Part shown: positions 38,257 through 48,106 of the stretch, piece by piece
How the letters are laid out: each line of letters begins with the position of its first letter
Position numbering within the stretch: the stretch's first letter is position 1
From: Candidatus Sumerlaeales bacterium
Lineage (GTDB): Bacteria; Sumerlaeota; Sumerlaeia; Sumerlaeales; Sumerlaeaceae
NCBI GenBank assembly: GCA_038243585.1
Contig: JBBSQY010000011.1
Span: 1-64,000, forward strand
Direction: 5' to 3'
Length of the DNA stretch: 64,000 nucleotides
Program-made: the position numbers and the translations under genes
Notes under the pieces: generated by a model
Seen by the model: the letters and a program-made list of their open reading frames with translations, nothing else
Told to the model about the DNA's origin: nothing
The model's database searches: none

Positions 38257-39495
38257 TCACTGATTGGCGTCTTCTATGAGATGAACCGCCATTGCATCGC
38301 GCAGCTTTGGCTCGAACCAAGTTGACTTTGGAGGCATCAGACCGTCGGCGTCGGCAATTTCCATCAGGTCTTCGACAGACGTGGGATACAGGCAAAAGGC
38401 CACCGCGTGTTCACCGGACGTAACGAGTCGTTCGAGTTCTTTCGTACCGCGAATTCCGCCGATGAAAGCTACTCGTTTATCAGTTCTGGGGTCACCGATT
38501 GCCAGCATAGGCGCCAATACATTATCCTGCAATATAGACACATCAAGCTGCGCCACGGCGTCGCCGCGGGTCGCGATGGCGGGCATCCAGCGCAGGAGAT
38601 ACCATTTGTCTTTCAGGAACATCGTGACCTCGCCCTTTTCCCGAGGCATATTATCGGGAGGAGAAGGAAGCACTTCGGCTATTTCCATTATTTGGGAGAG
38701 GAAGTCGTCGATCTCGTGGCCGTTGAGGTCTCGAATGGCGCGGTTATATCCGAGGATCTGAACCTGGTCATGAGGAAAGTTTACGGTAAGAAAAAGACCT
38801 GCTGGATTATCCGGGCCGGCAGCGCGTTCTTTGGCAACGCGTAGGGCAGCGGCGCTACGGTGATGGCCATCTGCCACGTATAGCGCGGGAACTTTTACGA
38901 ACGCCGCTTCCAGAGAAGCTATGACTGATTCATCGTAGATCATCCACGCGGTATGCTGAATGCCATCTTCGCTGGTGAAGTCGATGTCGGCGTCGCGTTG
39001 CGTTTCGCTGTCGACTATATTGTTGATCTCGGGCTCGGCGGGATACGTAAGAAACACAGCGCCGGTTTGTGCCTGGAGAAGATTGATGTGGCGCGTGCGG
39101 TCGTCCTCTTTGTCCGGACGGGTCAACTCGTGTTTTTTAATTATGCCGTTGTCGTACTCTTTGCAGCTGGCGGCACCGACGATTCCGAATTGGGCGTGTT
39201 CGCCCATTACCTGGCGATAAATCATATAGACGGGCTTGTCTTCGCGGATGAGAACACCGGTCTTGATCAGGCGCTGGAGATTTTCTGCGCCGTGCCGATA
39301 GACGTCATCACTATAGGGGTTTGCATCGGACGGGAATTCTATTTCGCTGCGAGTAACGCGAAGGAAACTATTGGGATGTCCCTCGGCCATGGCCCGCGCT
39401 TCATCCGTGTTCATTACGTCGTATGGAAGCGTGCAAACTTCTGGGGCTTTGTCAAATGCGGGTCTGAGTATGCGAAAAGGTTTAAGCGTGGCCAA
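38257..39495 (-). CDS. DUF1015 family protein
   Basis: PYDV, IKKHELTR..KE.DR, YVADGHHR.A, MPPKSTWFEPKL; TTG start with AAGGA RBS. Confidence 0.9.
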   Translation of the reverse strand: MATLKPFRILRPAFDKAPEVCTLPYDVMNTDEARAMAEGHPNSFLRVTRSEIEFPSDANPYSDDVYRHGAENLQRLIKTGVLIREDKPVYMIYRQVMGEHAQFGIVGAASCKEYDNGIIKKHELTRPDKEDDRTRHINLLQAQTGAVFLTYPAEPEINNIVDSETQRDADIDFTSEDGIQHTAWMIYDESVIASLEAAFVKVPALYVADGHHRSAAALRVAKERAAGPDNPAGLFLTVNFPHDQVQILGYNRAIRDLNGHEIDDFLSQIMEIAEVLPSPPDNMPREKGEVTMFLKDKWYLLRWMPAIATRGDAVAQLDVSILQDNVLAPMLAIGDPRTDKRVAFIGGIRGTKELERLVTSGEHAVAFCLYPTSVEDLMEIADADGLMPPKSTWFEPKLRDAMAVHLIEDANQ

Positions 39496-39664
39496 TGGAT
39501 GATCCTTTGTTGGTCTGAGTTATGGAACAGGCTGGAAAATGTGCCTGGTAGTTTGACATTACAATTCGGCGGCTGGGTATTCCGATGTCGTGGTTGGGAA
39601 GTCTTTCATAAGAGCCTGCGAATACTAGTATTGTGAGTACATCAGGCTTTGAATTTTTTCACAT

Positions 39665-41350
39665 TTACCCAATTGACAGGTTCCCGATATCATCTGTTTT
39701 TAGCATGAGAATGACTCCTTCGCCGGGGCCAAGCTGTATTGCTCTTGAGACTGTGTCAGTGGATTTCCTTTCGGTAGAGGTCGAGAAAATGACCGGTATC
39801 GTTTTATCAGGCAGCGGATACTCGATGTTCTCGTTAGCAAAATTGATGATGATATAAAGTGCTTCCAGCTCATAATGGCGGCAATAGGCGGCAATGGGTT
39901 CTTTGGCGGGGACAGGCTGATGGGATCCGACGCTAAGTGCCTTGTGTTGGCGTCGCAGTTGGATGAGTTCACGTATCATGTTGAGCAAAGAATTCTCGTC
40001 GTTTTTCTGGACTTCAACATTGCAGGCTAGATTGTCACCCATAGGCAGCCAAGTGGCGTCGCCATCTGTAAAGTCGCCCATATGGGTCGAGTCCCATGGC
40101 ATAGGAGCCCTTTGTGGGTCACGTCCATTCCCGATACCCGGTTCTCGTATCTCAAAGGGATCGCGAACCTGGTGCGGAGCGATGGGCACATCAAGCATTC
40201 CGATTTCGTCACCATAGTACATGGTTGGGGTGCCGCGCAGCGTAAGCAACAACAGCTGCGCACCGCGTACCTGGTGAGGCTGGAGCCGGGAAGCCGTCCG
40301 CGTCTGATCATGATTGCCCAAAACCCAATTAGGCCAGGCACCTTCGGGGAGATGGGATTCGTAAGTGTCCACCGCTTCCATGATTGGTTTGCTGCGCCAC
40401 GGAAGATGAGCCAGCTGAAAGTTGTAAGGCATATTTGTGCCGTTGGCAGAGGGGCCATAATAGGCCATCAGGCGTTCGACGGGGAGGTAGATTTCTCCTA
40501 TGAAAAGCTTATCGTGACCGTAACTATCGATGATGCTTCGAATCTGTTGAACAAGCGCATGGACCTCAGGGCGATCCGTGGAATAGATGGGATCGAGCTG
40601 GTCATAGGACGGCTGGCTGTCTTTTTTAAACCCAAGATTAATGGGATTATCGCGCCATTGATCGTCCTTAATGATATGCCATAATACATCGACTCTGAAT
40701 CCGTCAACTCCTCGATCAAGCCAGTAGCGTAGTACGGCCTCCATGGCGTCAATCACTTCAGGGTTTCGCCAGTTCAGGTCGGGTTGCTGTTTCAGGAATC
40801 CATGGTAATAGTATTGTCCGGTGTGCTCATCAAGTTCCCAAGCCGATCCACCGAATACGCTGAGCCAGTTGTTTGGAGGGGAACCGTCGGGGTTTGGATC
40901 TTTCCAAATGTACCAATCTCGCTTCGGGCTGTCCCTGGATGACCGGGATTCCTGAAACCACGCGTGCTGATCGGAAGTATGATTTGGCACAAAATCCAAT
41001 ATGATTCTCAGGTTAAGGGCATGGGCTTTTTTGATCAGTAGATCAAAGTCTTCGATTGTGCCGAAGATAGGATCCACGGCACAATAATCGGCGATATCGT
41101 ATCCGAAATCCGCCATGGGTGATTTAAAAATCGGCGAGAGCCAAATGGCGTCGACGCCAAGCCAACTGAGATACTCCAGGCGCTGGATGATGCCTTGCAG
41201 ATCACCTACGCCGTCACCGTTACTATCCTGAAAAGACCGTGGATATATTTGGTAAATTATCCCTTTTTCCCACCAAAGGTATTCGGCTTTGGGGTTCGTA
41301 GCGGTAGCGTTGACCGGGATTTTTTCATGAGATTCGTGAGTCTGAGACAT
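39665..41350 (-). CDS. GH13 alpha-glucosidase/oligo-1,6-glucosidase
   Basis: YQIYPRSF.D, DFVPNHTS, QPDLN, GFRVDV, IGEI, LGNHD. Start re-assigned to ATG 41350 with AAGGA RBS. Confidence 0.95.
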   Translation of the reverse strand: MSQTHESHEKIPVNATATNPKAEYLWWEKGIIYQIYPRSFQDSNGDGVGDLQGIIQRLEYLSWLGVDAIWLSPIFKSPMADFGYDIADYCAVDPIFGTIEDFDLLIKKAHALNLRIILDFVPNHTSDQHAWFQESRSSRDSPKRDWYIWKDPNPDGSPPNNWLSVFGGSAWELDEHTGQYYYHGFLKQQPDLNWRNPEVIDAMEAVLRYWLDRGVDGFRVDVLWHIIKDDQWRDNPINLGFKKDSQPSYDQLDPIYSTDRPEVHALVQQIRSIIDSYGHDKLFIGEIYLPVERLMAYYGPSANGTNMPYNFQLAHLPWRSKPIMEAVDTYESHLPEGAWPNWVLGNHDQTRTASRLQPHQVRGAQLLLLTLRGTPTMYYGDEIGMLDVPIAPHQVRDPFEIREPGIGNGRDPQRAPMPWDSTHMGDFTDGDATWLPMGDNLACNVEVQKNDENSLLNMIRELIQLRRQHKALSVGSHQPVPAKEPIAAYCRHYELEALYIIINFANENIEYPLPDKTIPVIFSTSTERKSTDTVSRAIQLGPGEGVILMLKTDDIGNLSIG

Positions 41351-41381
41351 GGTTTGCGTAGGTCCTTTTTTAAAGCATGAA

Positions 41382-41396
41382 GCAAAATCTGAACCG
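41382..41396 (-). promoter_or_regulatory. Candidate sigma54 promoter
   Basis: Minus strand CGGTTCAGATTTTGC (GG-N10-GC, TTGC -12 box), 31 nt before the GH13 start; weak -24 box. Confidence 0.4.
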
Positions 41397-41517
41397 GAAC
41401 AAGACGGGGGATTCAGTGCGTCCTTCGGGGACTGGAACACCATGCTCTGCACGGGAAAGCCATGTTGGATGTAGACCTTTAAAAGTTTCATAGTCTAGTC
41501 CGGAAAGGACGCTTGTT

Positions 41518-42297
41518 ATGACTCTGCATCAAATTCTTATTATTGGGTTTTTCCTCATCTCCAGCATGGTTGAAGCTAGCGAGTCGCTGACGCTGCGCGT
41601 GATGAGTTTTAACATTCATCATGGGGCCGACAAATTGGAGCGGGACAGGCTGGATGAGATGGCCTATGTAATTAAAGAATCGGGCGTGGATCTGGTTGGT
41701 TTGCAGGAGGTGGATATTGGCTGCAACCGGTCTGGAAAAGTTGACCAGATAAAGCGGCTGGCAGAGCTGACGGGGATGCATACCGCTTTTGCAGAGCACT
41801 TTGCGTATGACGGCGGACTTTATGGGCAGGGGCTTCTTTCACGGTATCCGCTCACGAATATCAAAAACGATCGAATTACGCTGATAAAAAAAGACGGGAC
41901 CACGGACACCCGCGCGCTCGTTTCGGCGGTGGCTACTTTGCCGGACGGCAAAAAAGTGACGATGGCGAGTGTGCATATGGCATTGGATCAGCCGTCGCGC
42001 ATGATTCAGGCACGAGAAATTATTAACTTTTTATCCGAGGCTGAGATGCCTGTTGTTTTAGCAGGTGATATGAACGCGGAGCCGCGCACGGAGGAACTCC
42101 GCCTGCTGGAGACTAAGTTTACCGATCTCGACGCAGAGAACAGACTGACTTTCCCGGTCGATATACCGGTCAAGAAAATCGATTATATCTACGTAGGAAC
42201 AAATCGTCTGGAGAAAATCCTCAGTTACCAGGTTCTGACTGAACAGAAACAATCTGATCACCTGCCGATTGTCGGAGAGTTTAATATCTCGTTTTAA
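41518..42297 (+). CDS. Secreted endonuclease/exonuclease/phosphatase family protein
   Basis: Signal peptide, MSFNI, LQEVD, GDMN, IDYI, SDHLP. Confidence 0.92.
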   Translation: MTLHQILIIGFFLISSMVEASESLTLRVMSFNIHHGADKLERDRLDEMAYVIKESGVDLVGLQEVDIGCNRSGKVDQIKRLAELTGMHTAFAEHFAYDGGLYGQGLLSRYPLTNIKNDRITLIKKDGTTDTRALVSAVATLPDGKKVTMASVHMALDQPSRMIQAREIINFLSEAEMPVVLAGDMNAEPRTEELRLLETKFTDLDAENRLTFPVDIPVKKIDYIYVGTNRLEKILSYQVLTEQKQSDHLPIVGEFNISF

Positions 42298-42386
42298 GGA
42301 TTTGGTTATCTGACATCGGCTATACGAGCGGTGAAGTGTTACCCGACTTTAAGTTAAAATTCCTTGATATCCAGGCAAAGGTATTC

Positions 42387-42800
42387 TCAGGGGGCCATTC
42401 CAAAGATTTCAGACGATAGTCCGAGCTTGCTTTGGAATATGAGTGCGATGTTTCTTGCGCGCTGTTTTGCGATTTCGGCCATTTCTCCCGAGTACAAAGT
42501 ATCTATGGCGTGGTCAAATAGCTGTACCCAGCGTGTAAAATGCGCAGCAGTCAGATGCGACTGGAGCTCTGCGTGCACAGGAAAAGGCTGGCCTTTGTAG
42601 GTGCGGGCGCCTAGTAGCATGCTGGACCAGAAGGAGTACATTATCGGAAGATGTTCGTCCCAATTCACCTCGGCGACATCCACAAAGATCGGCCGCAGAA
42701 GATCATCCTGCAAAATGTCGGCGTAGAAAAAATCGACAAACGCTTTTACGTCTTCTGGAGTGGTGATATCGGGTAACGGAAGAGGTTTGGCTTTGGACAT
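42387..42800 (-). CDS. Group III truncated hemoglobin (trHbP/Ctb-like)
   Basis: FY....D..L.PIF, W.EH, FW, Y.G.P..H, HF.RW..LF. Start re-assigned to ATG 42800. Confidence 0.9.
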   Translation of the reverse strand: MSKAKPLPLPDITTPEDVKAFVDFFYADILQDDLLRPIFVDVAEVNWDEHLPIMYSFWSSMLLGARTYKGQPFPVHAELQSHLTAAHFTRWVQLFDHAIDTLYSGEMAEIAKQRARNIALIFQSKLGLSSEIFGMAP

Positions 42801-43082
42801 TAGAAAGTACCTTTTGAGACGCTGCTTTCGAATTAAGCTACCTGAGCAATCGCATTGTATTGGCATGCGGCAAAATCGGATCAGCAGGGTTCGTTTTACG
42901 CGCGGAGTTTCTCTGTATCTCATTACCCTTTGAAACGATTTAAACTTTTTCCCGGGATGCGTCGCTGTCGCAATTTACCCGGGACTATCTTCTACAGGCA
43001 AGTCGCGGCAGTTTAATATAGTCAGCTCTAACAAATTACCGCCTACTACTGACTGAGTTTGTTTATGGTGTGAAGGCTGGTG

Positions 43083-44567
43083 CTAGAACCGGTATCGGGT
43101 CTGGAAATAAAAGAAGTTTGCCGGGTCACTTCGGCCTGAGGCTGCAGGGAACGTGCTGGGAAAGAAGCGGGCAACTCCGGATTCGTAGGTCAGGCATTTG
43201 CTGGATTGGTATTCCGCCGTGAGACTTAATTCCTGGCCGATTGCGCTGCCGCTTCGTCCGGTTATGTCTCGAATTGCGTTTTCACCCGGGCCGTTTGACC
43301 ACTCGTCTTTCTTACTGTCCATCCAGTAGGAATGGGCTTCGGCCTGAAAGGATAATTTTTTGGTGGGCTGGATTTTCCCGATGAGGGCCAGCTCGCGCAG
43401 GTTGCGCGGGCGAACGAAATCTATAATTCCGTAGGGGCTATGGTTGGTTCCAAAAAGATTGTTGAACCCTCCGGCTACACCGTCGTTGGGATCATCGTCT
43501 CCACTGGCAAGGGTTCCGACGAGACCGAGGCTGGGCTTCCATGGTTGCTCCCATTCGTATGTTAGATCACCACGTAGAAAATGCGCACGGATCTGATCTT
43601 TTGAGTAGCGGCCAAACTGAAAGGCGCCCTCGGCCGTGTAGCTGAGAGTGCCGGCGTCAGTTTCGCGCAGCGGACCGTAAAGTACGGATCCAACTGTATA
43701 GCGGTTTGCGCTGCCGTAGGTTCCGTCTTCGCTCTTTCGGTCTGGCGCGTAGGTCCGGTGTGAATCTTTGTCCGTATGGCCGAGAAAATAGCTTTCCAGG
43801 GTGTGAGGTTTGAAGTGTCGGGACGTTGTGTATGCACCGTAGAGAAACTCATCCTGTCGAGGTCTTCCCCGGCCGGTAATGATGTCGTCGCCGCGGCGCC
43901 GCTCGTAGTAATTGGGGTGAAGGACGAACAGGTCGGCGTCCAAATCTTCGGTGCGGTACATCGCTGTTACGCCGTCGAATCGGCGGCGAAGATTACTCCA
44001 GTTGCTGGCGTCCACCAGGCGTTTGTCGCGGCCCAGACTCAACTCCTGGCGACCAACGCGCAAAGCCCATGGCCCATTGCCAGGCTGTTTAAAGTCCAGA
44101 AAAGCCTGGTGTAGATCACCATGATCTTCCTGGTTTTGCTCCTGTTTTGCGTCGATTACCCGGGCATCCACAAATTCCACAAAAGCCCGGACAACCGTCC
44201 CGTAAGTCAAATCGAAATTAATCCGGGTCCGCAGGAATCCAAGACCATCGTTGCTGGAGTTGTTTGAATCGTTAAGATCGAAATTGTCCCGGTACTCTGC
44301 CCGGGCCCTAACTTCGCCGCCTACCTGAAGGTTATACTCCTGCTCGGCTCCCCACACCATGGGCTTGAACAGATGGTATTCGTCTTCTTTTTCTTTGGAC
44401 TCGGTGGAACCGGCGTCGGTAGAGATGGTGGATGTGGTTTCGGGAGAGGCTGGAGGTTGGGCGGACGCGGATGTCAACCAGATGGCCAGGATGAGAAAAC
44501 ATGGGGCGAATTTGACATTGGCAGGGCGAAATGGAATTGTGAACCTATAAAAATCGATAGTTTTCAT
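43083..44567 (-). CDS. Alginate export (AlgE-like) outer-membrane beta-barrel
   Basis: Signal peptide, GEVRAR.E, LHQAF, RVGRQEL, FDG, ASGD, GQE, terminal Y.F beta-signal. Confidence 0.85.
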   Translation of the reverse strand: MKTIDFYRFTIPFRPANVKFAPCFLILAIWLTSASAQPPASPETTSTISTDAGSTESKEKEDEYHLFKPMVWGAEQEYNLQVGGEVRARAEYRDNFDLNDSNNSSNDGLGFLRTRINFDLTYGTVVRAFVEFVDARVIDAKQEQNQEDHGDLHQAFLDFKQPGNGPWALRVGRQELSLGRDKRLVDASNWSNLRRRFDGVTAMYRTEDLDADLFVLHPNYYERRRGDDIITGRGRPRQDEFLYGAYTTSRHFKPHTLESYFLGHTDKDSHRTYAPDRKSEDGTYGSANRYTVGSVLYGPLRETDAGTLSYTAEGAFQFGRYSKDQIRAHFLRGDLTYEWEQPWKPSLGLVGTLASGDDDPNDGVAGGFNNLFGTNHSPYGIIDFVRPRNLRELALIGKIQPTKKLSFQAEAHSYWMDSKKDEWSNGPGENAIRDITGRSGSAIGQELSLTAEYQSSKCLTYESGVARFFPSTFPAASGRSDPANFFYFQTRYRF

Positions 44568-44669
44568 GGTCTGAGGTTGGCTCTGCTAAATTGAAATTTT
44601 TGTTAAAGTGTTATTTTACAGCAAGGTTTTGCGCAGGCGGGACGCCTATGGTACTTCTTGGATTTTTAC

Positions 44670-47615
44670 CTATTCCGACGCGCGAATGAAACCTTTTCCT
44701 TCTGATGTGACTTCTGCGTTTCCTATTACAGAGTCGCCGGACCACACTTCGTATTGTCCCGGTGCGGCATCGGCTTCAAGGCCTTCGGCGGTCCACCGAG
44801 CACTTGTGGTCTGGCGTGACTGGCGGTTCATCATTATTATTGGCGAGTCGCTCTGTAAATTTAAAGCAGGGTCGATCGTGAAAATGACCGGCTGAGGGGG
44901 CGTCAGGTCCAGCCTTATTGTCGCGGGCTCTTCTCCGGCCTTGATAGCCACAGAAGCGGCGGCCTTAATTGTATCATTTTCGCTATTGAATTCTGTAGAT
45001 ATGGAATAGGAGTCGGGGGTGAGCCCTTCAAATAAAAAGCCTCCATTTGGGCCGGTGGTTTCGTTTCTTTGTTCATAGCTGGAATCAGTCTCCGACAATA
45101 ATTGAACGGCCGCTCCGGGGACGGGCTCGCCCGCTATCTCGACTATTCCTGACAAGCTGGCCATGGGCACTGCCGCCAGGTCAACGGTGACGCTCTGCCC
45201 CGGAGCGAGTTCAACGTTCAGCGCATAACTGGAAGTGGCCTCGCCGGCTCCCATTACGAGGTAATTGCCTGCAGGGAGGCCGGTCATGCTGTATTTCCCG
45301 TTGGAGCTGGTTGCCTGGAACTCCGCCTTGTCTCTACCTGCGGATTCCGGGACTGCCGTGTTTACTAACGTCACCACTACCGGCTGATTCTCAGCACCTG
45401 TGGCCCCGGAGATTGAGCCTGTCGCAGTGGATGAAAGAGAAATGGTTTTTCCCGTCGCCCGCTCCCCCGCCCAGTCGAAGGACTCGCTTACTATAATCGC
45501 GCCGTTTGTGGCGTTTACAGCCACAACGCGGAATTTCCCCTCCTCGCCGATTCCCGTCTCCAGGGATTCTCCGCCCGTGACTTCTCGCGTAAAGATGGAG
45601 TGGCCCATCAGCTGATCTGCGTAGGCACCGATGCCCCATGGCGACATGCGCACGACATGCACATTCCAGGCTGTCGACGGAGACGCCTCTACCAATATGA
45701 CAAGTTTGCCCAATGGCTGCATGGTCAGGATCTTTTCATCGGCGGGTAGCTGCACGTTCTGCTCTCTATAATTGGCAAAGGAGGCAGCCTCGGCCACTAT
45801 TCCAGGCAGCACGTTGGCGGTCAGGTCTTCTGCTTGAAATTTCCCAGTCTCATCCGTCTCCAGCTGCAGGGGCCCACCGTCTGACTGAAACAACGTGACC
45901 CGGGCAAAGGGTATGGGTGCTCCCTGAGGGTTTAATACCTTTCCGGATATTCGGTTTCCTGCTTCCCACTGGATATCCGGCAAGGTATTAGACCCGGCAG
46001 AAAGAGATACCGGATGGGTGGTGGTTCTTGTTCTTGAGCCGTTGGTAACTGACAATATGAAGTCTCCGGTGGGCATGGCCGGGAAGGTATAAGTTCCATC
46101 CGGGCGTGGGCTTACGCCAGAAAAGAGAGAAGCTGCAGTTCCTGATGGGTCCATACCCAAAGTGAAACCACGAACTCTGGTGGTCTCATCGGTATTGACT
46201 AACGTCACTCGTCCTGACGCACTGGCGGCCTGCTCTAACTTGAGGGCTACCGGAATGCTTGTCTGATCTGTTACCGATACTTTTTCAACACCGGTCGCCA
46301 AACCTCCGGATATGCCGTATACGCCGTAAGACCCAGCGCGGTAAACCGGGATTGTTAAGGTGGCGGACGTCGCCAAACGACGTATTGCTTCTTCACTATC
46401 TGAGAGAACCGTCATTGATACCGGTTGGGTGGTTGCCCCGAAATTATCCAATTGGATCTCAAGCAATCGCTGCCTGCGCACGCGGAGTATCACTCCATTG
46501 ACGTCGGTGAAGCCATCGGTCGCGTTGTACTCGTTTGCAGCTACGAGCTCGTCCAAACGCCAGCCATCTGATTCAGGAACAGCGAGCGCGAGTTGCCGCG
46601 CCTGGTAAAAAGGGCCCAGGACGAAGGATCCGTCTGTGGATGAAGTAGTCCAGCGATCATCCAGGCCAATAGAAACTTGATTTGCCGGAGCGCTGGTTTC
46701 CACATCTATGGCTGAACCGCGAATGTAGTAACCGGCGCTGACTTCCAGGGAAATTGAGGTTTTGTTGTCGTCGGGCATTTCGACAACTTCGACCTCGGCG
46801 GAGCGTTCACCGTCCATTATCAGAGGTTCAACGGAAAAGGTCCCTCCTGGCAGTCCGTCAAACTGGAATTGTCCCGCAGGCCCGGCGCGGCGTACGACGT
46901 CGAACCCGTTGCCATTGGCGCGGACAATTGTGCCGGCAAATGCGGCAGGTCTCGAGCCTTTAGAATACACCTCACCGCCAACAGAAAAGCCGCCCTTGTC
47001 CATGGGAACGTTTGCTGTGGCCTGGCCTTCGGAAAGTTCGACGTTACCAATAACATACCCTTCGACCTGCACAATAAAGCGGTGCGCGATATCCGGCGCG
47101 ACTCCTTCAAAGGAGAACGAGCCGTTTTGGTCGGAAGTCGTCCACTGAGGAACGACCCTCAGGGCACGCTGGGTCTGGGTATCTATTCCCGCAACCAAGG
47201 GTCCGATGTTTGCCCCAGCTATCGGCGCGTTTGTCGCGCGGTCCGTAATTTTTCCTTTCACTGCGATGCCCGGCTCCAGTGCCAGGCCGATTTTAACGCT
47301 TTTGGCAGTTGCGGGATTGATGGCATATTTTGTCATCCGATGCGCGGCGCCCCATGCTACCAAGGCGACCGGGCTGGTAGAAGACACGTCAATGCTAAAT
47401 TCGCCTTTGCTGTTGGTCTGCGTTTTCTCTGCCGGTTCCATTTCAGAAGGTGTCCAGTAACGACTCTGATCCGGCACGACAATCACATGGGCACCTGCCA
47501 CCGGCACCTTTTTCGAATCTGTTACCAATCCAGTTAGCGTAGCCTGTTGCGCTAAGGCTCCATTTAAACCTAAAGCTAAAAGCAATGCGCTCAATGCGAT
47601 ATACCGAATTATCAT
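44670..47615 (-). CDS. Large secreted protein with carboxypeptidase-regulatory-like domains
   Basis: Signal peptide (ALA-Q), repeated G.V.D....P..GA.V...T...G.F pattern; GAGGAG RBS before ATG 47615. Confidence 0.85.
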   Translation of the reverse strand: MIIRYIALSALLLALGLNGALAQQATLTGLVTDSKKVPVAGAHVIVVPDQSRYWTPSEMEPAEKTQTNSKGEFSIDVSSTSPVALVAWGAAHRMTKYAINPATAKSVKIGLALEPGIAVKGKITDRATNAPIAGANIGPLVAGIDTQTQRALRVVPQWTTSDQNGSFSFEGVAPDIAHRFIVQVEGYVIGNVELSEGQATANVPMDKGGFSVGGEVYSKGSRPAAFAGTIVRANGNGFDVVRRAGPAGQFQFDGLPGGTFSVEPLIMDGERSAEVEVVEMPDDNKTSISLEVSAGYYIRGSAIDVETSAPANQVSIGLDDRWTTSSTDGSFVLGPFYQARQLALAVPESDGWRLDELVAANEYNATDGFTDVNGVILRVRRQRLLEIQLDNFGATTQPVSMTVLSDSEEAIRRLATSATLTIPVYRAGSYGVYGISGGLATGVEKVSVTDQTSIPVALKLEQAASASGRVTLVNTDETTRVRGFTLGMDPSGTAASLFSGVSPRPDGTYTFPAMPTGDFILSVTNGSRTRTTTHPVSLSAGSNTLPDIQWEAGNRISGKVLNPQGAPIPFARVTLFQSDGGPLQLETDETGKFQAEDLTANVLPGIVAEAASFANYREQNVQLPADEKILTMQPLGKLVILVEASPSTAWNVHVVRMSPWGIGAYADQLMGHSIFTREVTGGESLETGIGEEGKFRVVAVNATNGAIIVSESFDWAGERATGKTISLSSTATGSISGATGAENQPVVVTLVNTAVPESAGRDKAEFQATSSNGKYSMTGLPAGNYLVMGAGEATSSYALNVELAPGQSVTVDLAAVPMASLSGIVEIAGEPVPGAAVQLLSETDSSYEQRNETTGPNGGFLFEGLTPDSYSISTEFNSENDTIKAAASVAIKAGEEPATIRLDLTPPQPVIFTIDPALNLQSDSPIIMMNRQSRQTTSARWTAEGLEADAAPGQYEVWSGDSVIGNAEVTSEGKGFIRASE

Positions 47616-48106
47616 AGTTAAGCTCCTCAATTATCTACCGAACTAGGTCTGCGAGTTTTTCAAATGCAAGGGGGGAACTTTACACAGAAGCTGCCATTGC
47701 TTAAAAAAAATCACACCTGTCAATTATCCTGTTGCTTTTCGATTTAAGGCCGTGCACGAAGAGCATTTATATACACGGTGCATTAGGACTGTGCTACCAG
47801 TCATAAGTGAGTTAAAATAACAGGCATAATTTTCGCACAAGCTTCAAATTAATCAGTACGTTTCACCTGGTAGCTCTCCGCGCGTACGCCGGAATTTAGT
47901 TTTAGTCGCAATCCGAGGTTCGTACCGCCCGTCCCACCATTATTTCTTTAACGCTTAGCCATTCTGTAACGATAGAAAGGATGTGTAGCTCTCTTCCTTG
48001 GATCCAGCAATGCTGGTGGAAGAGCTAGACCTGCCATCACTGGATGCAGGAAACCGTTCGGCTTTTCGGCCGTATGCTACGTTAGATTGAAATGGAGTTT
48101 TTTATA

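Noticed and set aside
47915..47939. tRNA-like 3' end gaggttcgtaccgcccgtcccacca
   Set aside because: The T-loop and T-stem do not pair or space correctly, and there is no 5' half.
48020..48036. AGACCTGCC resembling the cobalamin riboswitch B12 box
   Set aside because: The upstream conserved elements are absent and the downstream gene is unrelated to B12.
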